Assembly: GCA_965235115.1 (NCBI GenBank)
Contig: OZ249436.1
Span: 28,522,001 to 28,586,000, forward strand
Length of the DNA stretch: 64,000 bases
From: Laetmonice hystrix
Taxonomy: Eukaryota
Direction: 5' to 3'
Shown: piece by piece, positions 23,468 to 35,951 of the stretch
Layout: each line of letters begins with the position of its first letter
Position numbering within the stretch: the stretch's first letter is position 1
The notes under the pieces: generated by a model
Told to the model about the DNA's origin: nothing
The model's database searches: none
Seen by the model: only the letters and a program-made list of their open reading frames with translations
Program-made: the position numbers and the translations under genes

Positions 23468-23871
23468 CAGGGTGACCCCCAAAAAACCGAACCCATACTA
23501 AGCCTTCTAAAATCTGTAACTCTCCATAGAATTTGTTCAGATTTGGTATGCCTTGACTATGATATATGCCTAATATCCTTGCACAGTTTTAGTCAATTCC
23601 ATTTCCTGGTTCAGATTTTATGCCCTGTTAAATATATGCTCCAATGTGCGTGTGATTGGCAACTTCGCCCGCAGAATCCAAGTGTGCTGACAATGCCGTG
23701 GGGACATTTGGAGCATAGTTTTAACAGGGCATAAAATCCGAACCAGGAATTGGAATTGACTAAAACTGTGCAAGGATATTAGGCATCATAGTTAAGGCAT
23801 ACCGAATCTGAACAAATTCTATGGTGAGTTACAGATTTTAGTATGGGTTCTGGTTTTTTTTTGTCACCCTG
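23468..23871. mobile_element. Tc1/mariner-type palindromic MITE
   Basis: cagggtgac..aaaaaacc.gaacccatacta / tagtatgggttc.ggtttttt..gtcaccctg with arms extending about 170 bp; TA on both flanks. Confidence 0.9.
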
Positions 23872-24296
23872 TACTATACTAAACATACACAGAAGTGTGT
23901 GGTACCGATTGTCAGGTAAAGACTAACTGCAGCAAATGAAGCTCAAGCTTCTAGGAAGCGTTCAGAAAAATGACTCTTCACGAAAGGACAGTGATAATGT
24001 CTTGCACGTCTTTCGGAAAGTAGTTTACGCAATATGAAGATGTTGGCGAGTTGTTGGAGTTCCGCTGAGATGCATAGAATATACTATGAGTATAAGAAGG
24101 TCTTGGTAACCATGCCAACCCATATTTCCGCCCCAGCTTGCCATAGATCCGTTCTCAGCGGTGGTACACTTCTCACCACAGAACGTGATGGACTGGTAAC
24201 TTGAACGGGACGGCTCCCCTCACGGTGACATACAAACAGATAATGTTTGTTACAGGTGTCTGTATAAAAGGTGCCCCCGCACTACCGCCTTATTAA

Positions 24297-24824
24297 AGGG
24301 GCATATTATGAGGAAACATTGAAAATCGGTATTTCATAGAACTTTTGCTGTTTTCATAAAGAGATCCTTCATTAAAATTGCTTGGTAAACAAAGACAGAC
24401 TTATCAGTTTCATTTTGCGTGAGAAATCGAAGTTTATTAAGCTCCCTTGCCCACTTCTCTGCCGATTTCGTAAAATATTTTTTGGGTGGCATTCTGATGC
24501 CGGGCAATCGAGGGCCACTGCTGAATTGTTTACAACTAAGCAAAGCACGTGACTAAGCACGTGCAGAGAGTGCACACACAGGATGTGACATAGTATGCAA
24601 TTACACGGGTTGATGGGAGGTTGTCCGCCAAATTATGGTGGGAGATGTGCTATCGGGAGAAATCTATAGGTTTGGTCGTATAGAACCTACTTGTGCTGCA
24701 TACGCAGCGAAAACACGTCGGAGGACAAAATGCTGTGGTAGGATTATTTACTTGGATCCCTAGTACACGGTCATGTTGGATAATTGCCGGAAATCCTCAA
24801 AAACGTGTTTCATAGCATGCCCCT
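24297..24824 (+). mobile_element. TTAA-flanked non-autonomous element with AGGG..CCCT termini (Kolobok-like), copy 1
   Basis: ttaa|aggggcatattatgaggaaac ... gtttcatagcatgcccct|ttaa; full-length reverse-complement copy at 41375-41902. Confidence 0.85.
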
Positions 24825-27800
24825 TTAAAGCATAGTGGAAACTGTTTCCACTATGATTGGCTCCTTCTGTCTCATTACAGTGTTGTAAGGGAGCGGAGCA
24901 GTAAAAGCATGCCTCACACATAGTCAGAATGGTTTATGTAAACGTTATGGAATTCAGCAAATGCCAGTGTCATTGCCACGGTGCAGTTAATGATGTCGTC
25001 TATAGAGCAAGAAGCTGACAATGTTATATGTCAACAGATTAACCCACAATGTTTACACATTAAAATTCACTAGCAAGAACCCGGGACCGAAGGGGGCTAA
25101 AAGTCATGAGCGGAAGATTATATATATTGAAAGTTTAAGGGCGCAAGAGTAAGGGGTCGACCATGAACTGTTGAAGTACATACACACAACATCATGGAAA
25201 AATGACCCCCTGTCCCAGTCCCTTGCATACGATCTTAATGGACGGCCCCTAACTGAGGCTAAGCAGTATGGTGAGAGCTGCTCCACTCGATCATCGCGGT
25301 CTCGAGAGAAATGATACACAACTTTCCCTTCGGAGACGGTCAGAGTCTCTCGGACTACAGCACAGATCAACGGGCTCACCAAGTGGGCGGCCGGGTGCGG
25401 GGGTCGAGTCCGTGGCACAGGCTTGACATGAATTATATTGAAAAGTGGCTCGATTGTCGCGATTGCCGTAAACGGGGTCAGTTGTTGGCTGTAGACCTGA
25501 CCTCGGCTGCTGCCCTCTACTGCCGCACCAGAGATGGTGAGGCCAGACTGCCACCAGAGGGCGCAGGTCTCCAGCCAAGGCCAGTTGTCATAGCCGATCA
25601 ACAACAACAATGGCGGACAGTTCGGGCGGTTGTAGTGAAACACGTGCCAAAAAATGCCTCACAGCGCCAAGGAAACAAACATGAATACACATCAAAACAA
25701 ACAGGGGAATACTGTTGTTATGCCTATGGCGCACTTTCACGTTGATACTTCGAAAGGGAAAAGCGGTAGGGCGATGACGATGCAGCCCCATACGGTATTA
25801 GTATAGGCCTATAGATGTTATTTACCAAGAGCAGAAACACTCTAAGACATCGGTTAGTTAATCTCTTATTACTCGCACGGCTATTTCCAACTGTCTGTGA
25901 TGGAAGGTTGTTTCTTTTTTAAATTCGTATTTGTCTGGTTTGTATGCTTTAACGGGATCTGGGATGTGGCAACAAATGTAGACACTATTGAAATTAACTA
26001 CCATATTTAACTGCAAACCACTTAGCACATACTCTAAAGGTCAATATTGACTAAGGCCCAGTATATTAAAGTCTATCAAGTACCTGCAAATGAAACGCTC
26101 TCTAATTGGTAAAGGTCAAAGCTACATGAGGAACCAAGTTGTGATTTTTTTGGTAACGGCATTTAATAAATATTAAGCTCTTGAGTGGGCGTAGCTGAGA
26201 CACGTTTGGCTTTGTACATGTACACAGAATATTTCACCCCCGCCTCCCCTGTCTATGAATATACGGTAAGGTTGTATGTATATTTAAGAGGGAGGCCAAA
26301 ACAGTCGATGGAAATCTGAGAAAAAGACCATTTAAACTCGGAATGTTAACAAATCCAGCGCAAAGAGGTGTGTTTGTAAACATTCAGCAATTTGGGCCGA
26401 ATGAAGCAGAGTCACAAATCGAGGTTTCTCAATCTAGATCTGTCAAACCAAATAATTGTGCCGATTATTTCGTGCTCTAATCAAAGATATACGTAACATT
26501 AGCTTTGGTATAATGCTTGTATCCCGAGACGATTACTCACTACCCGGGCGTTATTATTTCTGCCGACATGTGACACTAGTGGCAAGGAGACAGCGTAGTG
26601 TGACAGGCCTAATGCCTCCCATGCAGTAATCCAGGGTCGGTGAAGCAGGATTGGTCAGGTGTATGGTGATGTGAGGCTGATTAACCTGCCATTTAATGTA
26701 CCAGACCACTCGGTCTGCCAGTATAAACCAGACACAACCAGTAGAAAAGGTGTGGCGGGAATTTGAGCTCCGTCCATGCAGCTATAGGTTGTATATTGTC
26801 ATTGTTCTATAAGATAATAATGTATGAATATCATTATATTTTGAAGTTGAATCGTGAAGCTATCTTGATTTATTTAGGACAGTGACACGGTTGCACTAAT
26901 CGTACATAATTGCGGCACCATAAAAGTTACGCGGCACACCTACCACAGAGAAAAGGGCCTGGAATTGCCATGGAAATACAATTACATGGTTCTCTTTGTC
27001 TCTTCATGGTTTTCTGTTAAGTGAAATTAATTGTCGATCGTCTTTACCATTAATTTTGCTACATAGAATCCTGCATAACCTGATAGTGGTACTCCGAGGT
27101 ACAGTGACATTTAGTTCTATTTTAACTGACAATTCACTTTTTACCTGGTATGTACAAAATTAGGTCGATATAGAGAAGTCTGCTATGAAGCTGTAAGGGC
27201 TTGAAGATAAATAACTGTGAAATTGTAGCTTGAATCTGTATACAAAGGTTTTCTGATTGCTACAGACGCCCACTAATCGATGTAACTGGATACGTTGCGG
27301 GATTAGAAAACTCAAACAGTTAGCGAAAGGTCAGAGGAATGGTGAAACTCTACAGAATGACTGTTTGTTCAATTTCGCCAATTTAAATCTCTTGTAAGAG
27401 GAAGGAGAGACTTACTCGTTCATGGTGTCCTTGGTGTCCTGACATGTTGCCTCAAATGTTATCCTTCAAGAGTTCCTGTCTGGCGGTAATTTAGAGAGAA
27501 GAGTTTTAGTGTTTAAAGTCCAACAGACATCACAATTAACATAAAATTTTGTGCCAGATCTTGATGATACATGTAATTTGTTGTTTAACTTAAAGGAGCG
27601 GTTATTGTACAAGAACATGAACTGTGTGTAAGCTGTTTTGAAGACCAGTTCCCCTGATGACGTCATTAGGGGCAATGGTAAAGAATAGGCGGGAGTGAGA
27701 CTGTGATGTGGCACGCGATTCGAATTTTCAATATTTTCCTAAATTGAGAGGACTTCTCAGAAAACCTATCAGGGACACGTCTACAACTCAAAGTGATCTA

Positions 27801-28535
27801 TCTAGATCAGTAAAGTTACCTAGATGTGATGTCAGTTGCACTGCGTTTTTTTCGAAACTGAAGTTTTGCTTAAAGGGAATGTAAAGTGCAGATACTGGTG
27901 AAAGATATATATTTCCGTCTAATAAGAAAACCCGAATGTTTACCAATATGTTACAGATAAGATACTGTTATCAGCTTGAATTGGGTACGAATGTAATTTT
28001 TATCCCGAGACTAATAGCAGGAAACCAAAACACACTGGGATACACACCATGGACAATTTGAATTCAATGGAAAAGATTCGATTTTCCCCAAATTTTTCGC
28101 AAGGGAATTAACATAACATGAAGTGATAATGGGCATCATTCTATAGTTAAGGAGTATCGCACAGATACATTGTTAGAATGCAGACCTTAGAATTTGTTCC
28201 TATAGTTTACCTTCCCGTTATGATTGGCTGGTTTAAGCAGACCCGCCAGTTCGGACCGGTAAGCTTCGTCATCTGACAATATTTCATGATCGTAATGAGA
28301 CAGGAGATGGAATGTGTCTGTCTTGCATGAACTAACGTGACTCTATGCGTGACGTAGATCCCAAACTCGTGACTGACGTAATGCACCACAATTAACGAGC
28401 AGCAAGTGGTCGCCCAATGGGTGCGGGGCTTTTAGCCGGCAGTTTGATTATTGAGTCCCAATTATGAACCTGAAATACATGCTTGCTTTTCACAAATTGA
28501 TTGATGACATGCAAGTCCGTAAGAACGTTTTTGAG

Positions 28536-28611
28536 AGAGAGGCAGGCAGGGAGGCAAGCAGGGAGGCAGGCAGGCAGGCAGGGAGGCAGGTAAGCAGACA
28601 AGCAGGCAGGC
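28536..28611. repeat. (AGGC/AGGG)n microsatellite
   Basis: gagagagaggcaggcagggaggcaagcagggaggcaggcaggcaggcagg... Confidence 0.8.
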
Positions 28612-28796
28612 TAAAGTCCTTTATATTTCCACATTGTTTGGTTATCATTTTCATCCCGCTATAAGTTTTTTGTAATATTCACCTTCACTACTGACAAAAC
28701 TCAAGAAATAGGGGGAAACTACAAAGATATTTAAAGGAGATCAATTTCGACAAGTCTAGCCACTTGAGACGCCTCCGTACTCCTAGAACCTGTCAC

Positions 28797-29014
28797 CTCT
28801 TGTGTCGAGAAGTCGTACGGACATGACCAGTGGGAATGAACTCGTTCAGGGCGCTGCCTCCCCGGTTGATAACCCATCGATCGGTGCCATTTGTCTGGTG
28901 TATATTTGTCCGGTGTGATCTGAGGGCCAACTGTCGGAGGGGCGTATATTCCCAGTGGACCCAAGCCGGGGTCTGGGCGTGGCCACTCAGCCGACCGCGT
29001 GTCAGTAATGACCA
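28797..29014 (-). CDS. Candidate coding exon, unknown Pro-rich protein
   Basis: Open frame ...RSAEWPRPDPGLGPLGIYAPPTVGPQITPDKYTPDKWHRSMGYQPGRQRPERVHSHWSCPYDFSTQE ending at GAG|gtgaca; possible phase-1 acceptors at 29014 or 28930. Confidence 0.3.
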
Positions 29015-29320
29015 CTTGTACAGGCACCAGACTATAGAGTATCATCTTTCAATGTGTACTGCGTGACCGCTAGGTCTCAGTGCTACAGCTAGAACAACGT
29101 ACAAGGGTTGGTGCTGTACACTGGTAAACACCGTTTTATAATCGGAAGGTAGGTTGCTGTTGCGTTTTGTCACTAAAATTAAAATGCTGAAAGTGTAGGG
29201 GGATTTCGTGGGGAGGGGTTTATGATTTCGCACATTTTGTTTTTGTAGACTAATGGTTTATATAATAAAAGTTGCTTCAGAAGAAGTAACAACCTTCCCA
29301 AAGCTGTTCAAAAGAATACT

Positions 29321-29470
29321 CCTGGCCCTGGTTTTTAGTTTGCAAACCGAGTCTTAAGATTCAAATCTTAAGATTGAATTCTTGTTTCAGAGCTTCTGAT
29401 TGGTCCTTCAAATAAAGTCAGCCATTTGAATCTTAAGACTCGGTTTGCAAACTAAAAACCATGGCCCGGA
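29321..29470. mobile_element. Palindromic MITE
   Basis: Arms ggcc.tggtttttagtttgcaaaccgagtcttaagattcaaat / atttgaatcttaagactcggtttgcaaactaaaaacca.ggcc around a gattggtc core. Confidence 0.8.
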
Positions 29471-29738
29471 ATATGGGTGTGACCTTCCTAAAGCCAATAT
29501 ACAAGATGCGACTTCACAGTGTCTGCAATCAGGCACTAAGCTGCCTAAAGCGATTGCACTAAAATAGCTTGTTGGAAAAGTTGTTTAAGTGAGGCAATTA
29601 TCCGCTGAATTTAGCGGAGAATCTGCGCGTACTATTTCTGCTCTGAAGTCTCATACGGTTCAGTGCAGGCTCAATGGAGCTGATCCTGTTTTATAGACTG
29701 ACACAACGACCCTCTGGCTTTCTGTCCGCCAGCCTCAC

Positions 29739-29843
29739 CTAATGTACGGATCCCGTTGGTGGGTGGGTGAGCACGGAGCTTTGATTGCCATATTGCCTTT
29801 CCATTTAGATTATCGTACGTTTGCCCTTTCTTATCGTCATTGG
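29739..29843 (-). CDS. Candidate 105-nt symmetric exon (non-canonical acceptor)
   Basis: Frame NDDKKGQTYDNLNGKAIWQSKLRAHPPTNGIRTL ends at a strong donor TTAG|gtgagg. The upstream pyrimidine tract ends in cgg rather than cag. Confidence 0.2.
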
Positions 29844-30450
29844 CCGTATGAATGTAAAAGTTACATGAGAAGTCAGTCAGTGATGGCATTCCTCATAACA
29901 GTCTGGCTCTCATAGATAGATAGATATGTATATTTATGCGGACTTTGAGCCAATGATCCAGAGTAAAGGCACTGTTGCATTAGTGGTTAAGGCCGATAAA
30001 CAGTTATTATCCCCCCCCCCCCCAAAAAAAAACCCCCAGCAACAACAACAACAAAAATTTTGCCCATGCTGTGAACCCATTTAGATCTCAAGGTTTCGGG
30101 AAATAGTGTTTTTGGCCTTTCGAAATGAACATTTTTCCAAGGAGGACCCCCTTGTCCCCTATCACGACCGCATGAACGCCTCGCGCCTTCGGCGCTCGCG
30201 CCCTGTCACCCCCCTTCTAATCCAGAACCTGATTTTTGCTCCCCCCCTCCATCGCGCCTTGATTGGCAGAAGCGCAGACATAACAAAAAATAATGGTTTT
30301 GAAATTCAACTCGATCTTATTGGTTTTGATTGCATGATGTCTCAGGTTGCCGTACCGACAAGAGCATGACCTTCATCACCCAATACGGACCTCTCCTAAC
30401 GCGTGCAATTGTAGTCTGTCAAATATTTGACGGATGGCCTCCCCCCCCCT

Positions 30451-30676
30451 TCACGACGAGCGAAGCAGTGAGATGTGATTAGACTCTTTCAGATGGAATC
30501 TGGGGGGAAAGGGCCATCCGGGTTCTTTGGTTACAGCTGGGCGCGTCACGCCGTACGTGCACGTGGACGTCACCTCTGGTAGTGACAGTGCAGTGACAGG
30601 GTGAGCACGTGGGGATATTACCTGTCCAAACGTGACCCGACAGGCAGACGGTGTCATGTTGAACATGTACGGGTCC
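30451..30676 (-). CDS. Candidate exon, unknown protein
   Basis: Acceptor ggttttggcag| at 30677-78. Either a 55-nt exon to donor CAG|gtaata (exon 30622-30676), or read-through DPYMFNMTPSACRVTFGQ...KEPGWPFPPRFHLKESNHISLLRSS* to 30451. Confidence 0.3.
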
Positions 30677-31409
30677 CTGCCAAAACCAACAGGTATATAA
30701 TTAAGAAATGTGTTGGATGGCAAGCTGGGAAGCCAGGCGGTGTTCAGGTCTACCAACTTTGAATAACCATAGAACTGTGGAATAACGTAGCGCTTTGCGT
30801 TGGTTGAAAGAAGAGACTCCTCCTATTAGCAGGATAGATAATTGAAAAGTTCCAAAACAGACACGGCAATATCGGAAGTGTACTCTGTCTGAAGTTACTA
30901 TTTTACGATATGCGTGGAGAAATCGGAGATGTAAAGTTTCAGAGACGAATGGATCGGGGGGTTAACTCAGGATAAGGGGTGCGGGAAGATTTATAAATCC
31001 TTCAAGGATGGATCATAATCGACTTTGTGGTATTAGAAGTGACCGGGATAGTTGGAAGGCGGTGGTCTTTCGAGATGACAAGATTTAACATAATGGGAAT
31101 GGCTTCTATCTGACAGCAATGGCGTGAAGGTTGCATGTGACATGCGATGTGTTTTTGTGAAGAAAAAAGGGCTCACAGATCGATATGTGTCGCATTATGT
31201 CGTTACAGATGAGTTGCCCAGGGGGTAATCGTTTAAAACCTTGAACAGAATATAAAAAAACTTGAGTGGAGTTTAGGAAATGAATAAAGTGGTTCATGTT
31301 TAAAACGGGTGACGGTGATTCAACCTTTTCTTGCTGAAAGTTAGGATAGGTAAATGATGCTGAACAGCATCTTTTGGTCATATCGTTCTGTGGTATCGAG
31401 CCCAGTGAA

Positions 31410-31540
31410 TGAAACCAGAGTATTCAGTAAAAACGACCGACCTGCGGAAAGTATCTGATCAACGCTCTCACATAATATAAGGCTTGAGATTCGAGCCTGT
31501 GCGTCTGAAGGCGCTGTGAGTTTGAGCGAAACGTCTGGGA
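31410..31540 (-). mobile_element. Degenerate SINE remnant
   Basis: gaaaccagagtattcagtaaaaacgaccgacctgcggaaag..ga(g)attcgagcc resembles the conserved core and B-box region of the SINE at 47814-48091. Confidence 0.5.
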
Positions 31541-31797
31541 GTGGGTGTGTTCAACATGGGGAAAGGTGGATAGTGGGAGTATGGTGCTAAGTTGTGCACA
31601 AATAAAACGAGAAGTGCTTGTGAAAATGAAGGAACTCGTTCAGTCATGGGAAATATTGATATCGATTTATTTTTATTTCTATAAAAACCTGGAATGGAGT
31701 TTTTTGTGTGACACATGCTTGTCGTAACGTGTCAGTGACCGAGAAGTAACCTTTAGTAGCGTGCAAGCACTGGAAATTGAACTTATTGTGTCATTGT

Positions 31798-32262
31798 CGG
31801 TCTCTAGTATACAGGTTAATGTGTATCGGTCTTTAGTATACAGGTTTATGTGTATCGGTCTCTAGCATACAGGTTTATGTGTATCGGTCTCTAGCATATA
31901 GGTTAATGTGTATCGGTCTCTACTATACAGGTTAATGTGTATCGGTCTCTAGCGTATAGGTTAATGTGTATCGGTCTCTAGTATACAGGTTAATGTGTAT
32001 CGGTCTCTAGTATACAGGTTAATGTGTATCGGTCTCTAGTACAGGTTAATGTGTATCGGTCTCTGGCATACAGGTTAATGTGTATCGGTCTCTAGTATAC
32101 AGGTTAATGTGTATCGGTCTCTACTATACAGGTTAATGTGTATCGGTCTCTAGTATACAGGTTAATGTGTATTGGTCTCTAGTATACAGGTTAATGTGTA
32201 TCGGTCTCTACTATACAGGTTAATGTGCATCGGTCTCTAGCATACAGGTTAATGTGTATCGG
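31798..32262. repeat. 29-bp minisatellite, ~16 copies
   Basis: Unit tctctagtatacaggttaatgtgtatcgg head-to-tail. Confidence 0.95.
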
Positions 32263-32624
32263 GGCAGAACAAGGCGGGGAACTGCTCGGAAACACCTTAA
32301 ATCACATAATTCACTCATGTCAGCCGGTGACAAGATATCGAAGTTTAAATCATTGAATTGATTGGTAATGAGGATATTAATTACCTTTCAATTGGGAAAT
32401 AGTTAGCAAAATTAATGCTTGGTAATAAATTGACTGTAGAAAAAGTAGGAAACAATGTCAACTGCATGACTGTGGTTCAGTCCAGAGACAACCTTTGACC
32501 CTTTGTATCGATTGGTTAAAGAGAGTGCTGTTAAAACATTACCCTACAAAGAATCTTCTTCACGGGACTGATCAGAAAGAAGGGTGAGCCCATTTCAACC
32601 ACAGACTTCTGGTTATGTTTGTAT

Positions 32625-33106
32625 AGACCTGGTTCATAATGTCGTCACGGAATTCCCTCGTATAGCATGATGGGATTGATTGTGGAATGCCCGAAATGAT
32701 CGCTACTGGCGTTGGCTTGTTTACAAGTAAGGCTCACCAAATTCCTCCGTTAATTTACACTAGTGCCGTAAAACGCCATTTTAAGTGACTTGTCTCTTGT
32801 TAGTTTTCATTTCTTTCTTCAAGATAAATCAAAATGTAGTTTGCGAGCTGGTGACAAGACCTGTCAGCAGCCTGGCGGCTGGGTCTGGGAAACATCCAAA
32901 CTGTGCGTTTAGGCCTACTTATCTGGAGGGTAGATCTACTCTGCTGTTTATAATACTCAAGTCGATCGCTATTTGAATTTTCGATGACAGAACTCAGAGC
33001 ATCAAAGCGAGCCATCTGTATGGGAACGTCCGCCATCCCTCAGTCAAACCCAGCATGCTTTGCGTAAAAATGGTCCCAAGTTATGACGTCATCCTGAATC
33101 AGGTCT
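32625..33106. mobile_element. Non-autonomous TIR element flanked by AT
   Basis: at|agacctggttcataatgtcgtca ... tgacgtcatcctgaatcaggtct|at. Superfamily uncertain: ISL2EU-like AT TSD or Academ-like TAG..CTA ends. Confidence 0.65.
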
Positions 33107-34027
33107 ATTGGTGCTGAGAATAAGGCTACTCTTAATATACTACTCACAGCCCCCCCCCCCCCCTGGACTTGACAATACATCGGGGAAGAACTTGTTAGGA
33201 AATGCTGAACAAATTCATTTATGAAGCTAGTATTTATAATTATTTACCGATCTCTGTGGTAAAACTGCTGTCGATGTATTGTTTAAAGTACCAGCCCCCC
33301 TGTGTGTGTTGTCAGGCGACATACAGGTCTGGCAAATCGTTCTCACCAAGAAATAATTGTTATAATAGAGAGAGAAGCGGCGACAAGCGGATATATTATT
33401 ACTGCGTAGGATGGGTCAAGTTAATGTTCTACAAAATGTGAGAGTTTCGTTGTTGTTATATTCAGGTGATACCACGTAGGGCCTGGATATTTCTTTCATA
33501 TATCAGCATCACGTATACGTATCACTATGAAGGACTATTTCTGGATTCCTTATTTGGACAACTGTGTAGGATTTTCCTTTTCGAAGTAGTCTTCTTGGAG
33601 GAAGTCGTACTGAGTCTAATGTGCAAGGTTGTTTTTTTGGGGGTGACAGTAGTAAAGGGATGTTAGATATCGATTCGAACAGATGTTGGCGTCGCTAAAA
33701 ATAAGATGATCCAACCGAACAGCTAATTTAGGCGTGGTCAATGAAGGCGCGGTCATCCCTACATGAGTATATTCAAGTATATTTGAAGTTGACCTGTATT
33801 TGTACACCTGCCGACTTAGTAAACTTAGATTGTACCAACATAATTTTTAGATTGTACTAAAAAAATACTGATTGCGGTTTTATGCCGTACACACCTTTTT
33901 GTTGTACAGGAGTACAAAAGATGTTACTATTCCTGTATAATATCCTTTTATATATTACTCATTATAATAAGTAATGAGTTTGACGTGAATTTTCACCTGC
34001 AGTGAAATATTTATTTTTGTTGCACAG

Positions 34028-34158
34028 ATGTAAAATCACCCAAACAGACTGATAGCACACACGTCTCTGGTGAAGAGAAAGCGCAGCAAGGTGGCAGTGA
34101 TCTTCTTGCACAGCGTGGATAGTGATAATTCTGTAAATGGGGCTGCTTTTATCTCCAG
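34028..34158 (+). other. Candidate non-coding (5'UTR) or decayed exon
   Basis: Strong acceptor ttatttttgttgcacag| and donor CAG|gtaagg; stops in all three frames. Confidence 0.3.
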
Positions 34159-35384
34159 GTAAGGAAAAGGTTAATCGGTGAGACCCTATACGGGCATCTT
34201 ACTATATCCCACCATCTGAAGACAAATCAATGAGGAGGAGGTGACGTCAGCTTGGTGGAGATACATGAGGACGGCCGACGTCCCAAGGTTTTCAGCTGCC
34301 GGTTAGAGCGGCATCAGCCGACCACCTAGGGCATCATTTGGCCCGTTCCGACTCAGGAGTTTCGGGGGAAACAACCCTGAATATGTTCGCACCAAGTTCT
34401 TTCTTGGCGCAACGGAAATTCTGAAACGGCGGCAAGGCAATGTGCTCTGTGGTAAGGTCGAATTGGATGCTTGCGTCACCGTGTAGAAGTGCTTCTCCTC
34501 CAAGAAGACTTGCCGGGAGCTTCTAAAACTGGCACTGTAGCAAGGTGATTTCTTGTGCCAAGGGCAGAACAAGAAGGACTTGGCTGGGGTCCGTATTGAT
34601 CTAGCCAAGATAAAGTTGTGCCCCCCCCCCCTTTTCATCATTTCTTCTGGCTGTGATGATAGCCCAATATATACGGCAAGTGAGAAGCAACATGTGCAAT
34701 TTGACGGGGTTAGTCACCCATTGGTTTGCAGTGGAAATCAGGTATGTGATTGGATACCGGGGTTCCTGGCTAAGGTACACAGCCGTGAGGTTTCTTATCA
34801 ACCAACAAGGCCCCACTGGCAGGCTCACATGAATGGTACGACTTGCAAGCCCCAAGGTCAGTTATGGAGACCCAGCTAGAAAATCTATATGAGAAAGATA
34901 CCGGCTCAAGGCTGCTATCTCAACAAACTCTGGACAGCGGACTCTTACCCGAGGGCGACTGTATCAAAGCAAGGACCACGCCAATACTCGTCATACGAGT
35001 TCAACCATCTACGCAGGCACTATTGAATAAGGATTCATTGTTCTGCGTTGTTGGGTAAAGTCTGCCAAGCGGCCCTTATTGAGCGACGGTAGTATGTATC
35101 ACCCGAATCAAGACTACTTAAGATGTGGTAAGCATGCCATCGACCACATTGCGAAATTAGAAACTGGTCAGACACAGGATATCATGGAAGTCGCATTTTG
35201 GAATGTAATATGAGAACGAAATGGAATCATGGAAAAATTAACCCTCTGACAGTGTCAGGAGTAAAATCCAGTGTTTAATCGAGCCAAACGACGGGGAGCA
35301 GTCCCTAAATATCGTAAGTGCTGCACAAATCATTTTTGCAGTTGTGCCCCTTATGGCGAATCATAGGGGGTTTCTAAAGTTCAA

Positions 35385-35951
35385 ATGCCACGCCGACTCC
35401 ACTGGGTCTGCACCAGGGCACAAGAAACACTGATGTACAAGAGACTTCCACTCCGGAGCCCGGGCCAGGAGAGGGCCATGGATGGGCGGCGCCAGAGGAG
35501 GCGGAATCGTACCATTCGAGAAAAGGACAGTGACAAGAAAGATGACGGCGAATTGAAACTCTCCGTGGTGGCCATCATGTCGAATTTCGCCAAAAGTCAC
35601 ACGGCATTGCAACCGCAGGGCGACCAGCGAAGGTACTCGACGGCACTGACCATGCCCACCCGGCGGGGCCAGCGGCCCAGTCTGACCGGCATGTCCACTA
35701 TAGAGGAACACGGCCGAATGAGGAGGGAGTCCATAGCCACGCCCGGCATGAGACAAGAAATGATGCAAAATGCCAATAAAGGAATTGACCGGCGCCGGCC
35801 GACCCTGACACGAATGTTTGCTATTTACCAACCGGACGAACCTCAGAGTGGAGGGGCGAGGTTTGGGTCACGCATCAGTAGAGGATCGAAACGATGGGCA
35901 CGACAGTGCGACAAAGAAAAGATCAGGCTTGACAGCATCGACAGTGTAACG
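35385..35951 (+). CDS. Probable first coding exon of an unidentified gene (basic, Ser/Thr/Arg-rich, likely disordered N-terminus)
   Basis: Longest ORF in the window. GC-rich coding-like composition stops exactly at a phase-0 donor ACG|gtaggt (35952), after which the sequence turns T-rich. Upstream acceptor catttttgcag| at 35340-41; start may be 35385, 35433 or 35478. Confidence 0.6.
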
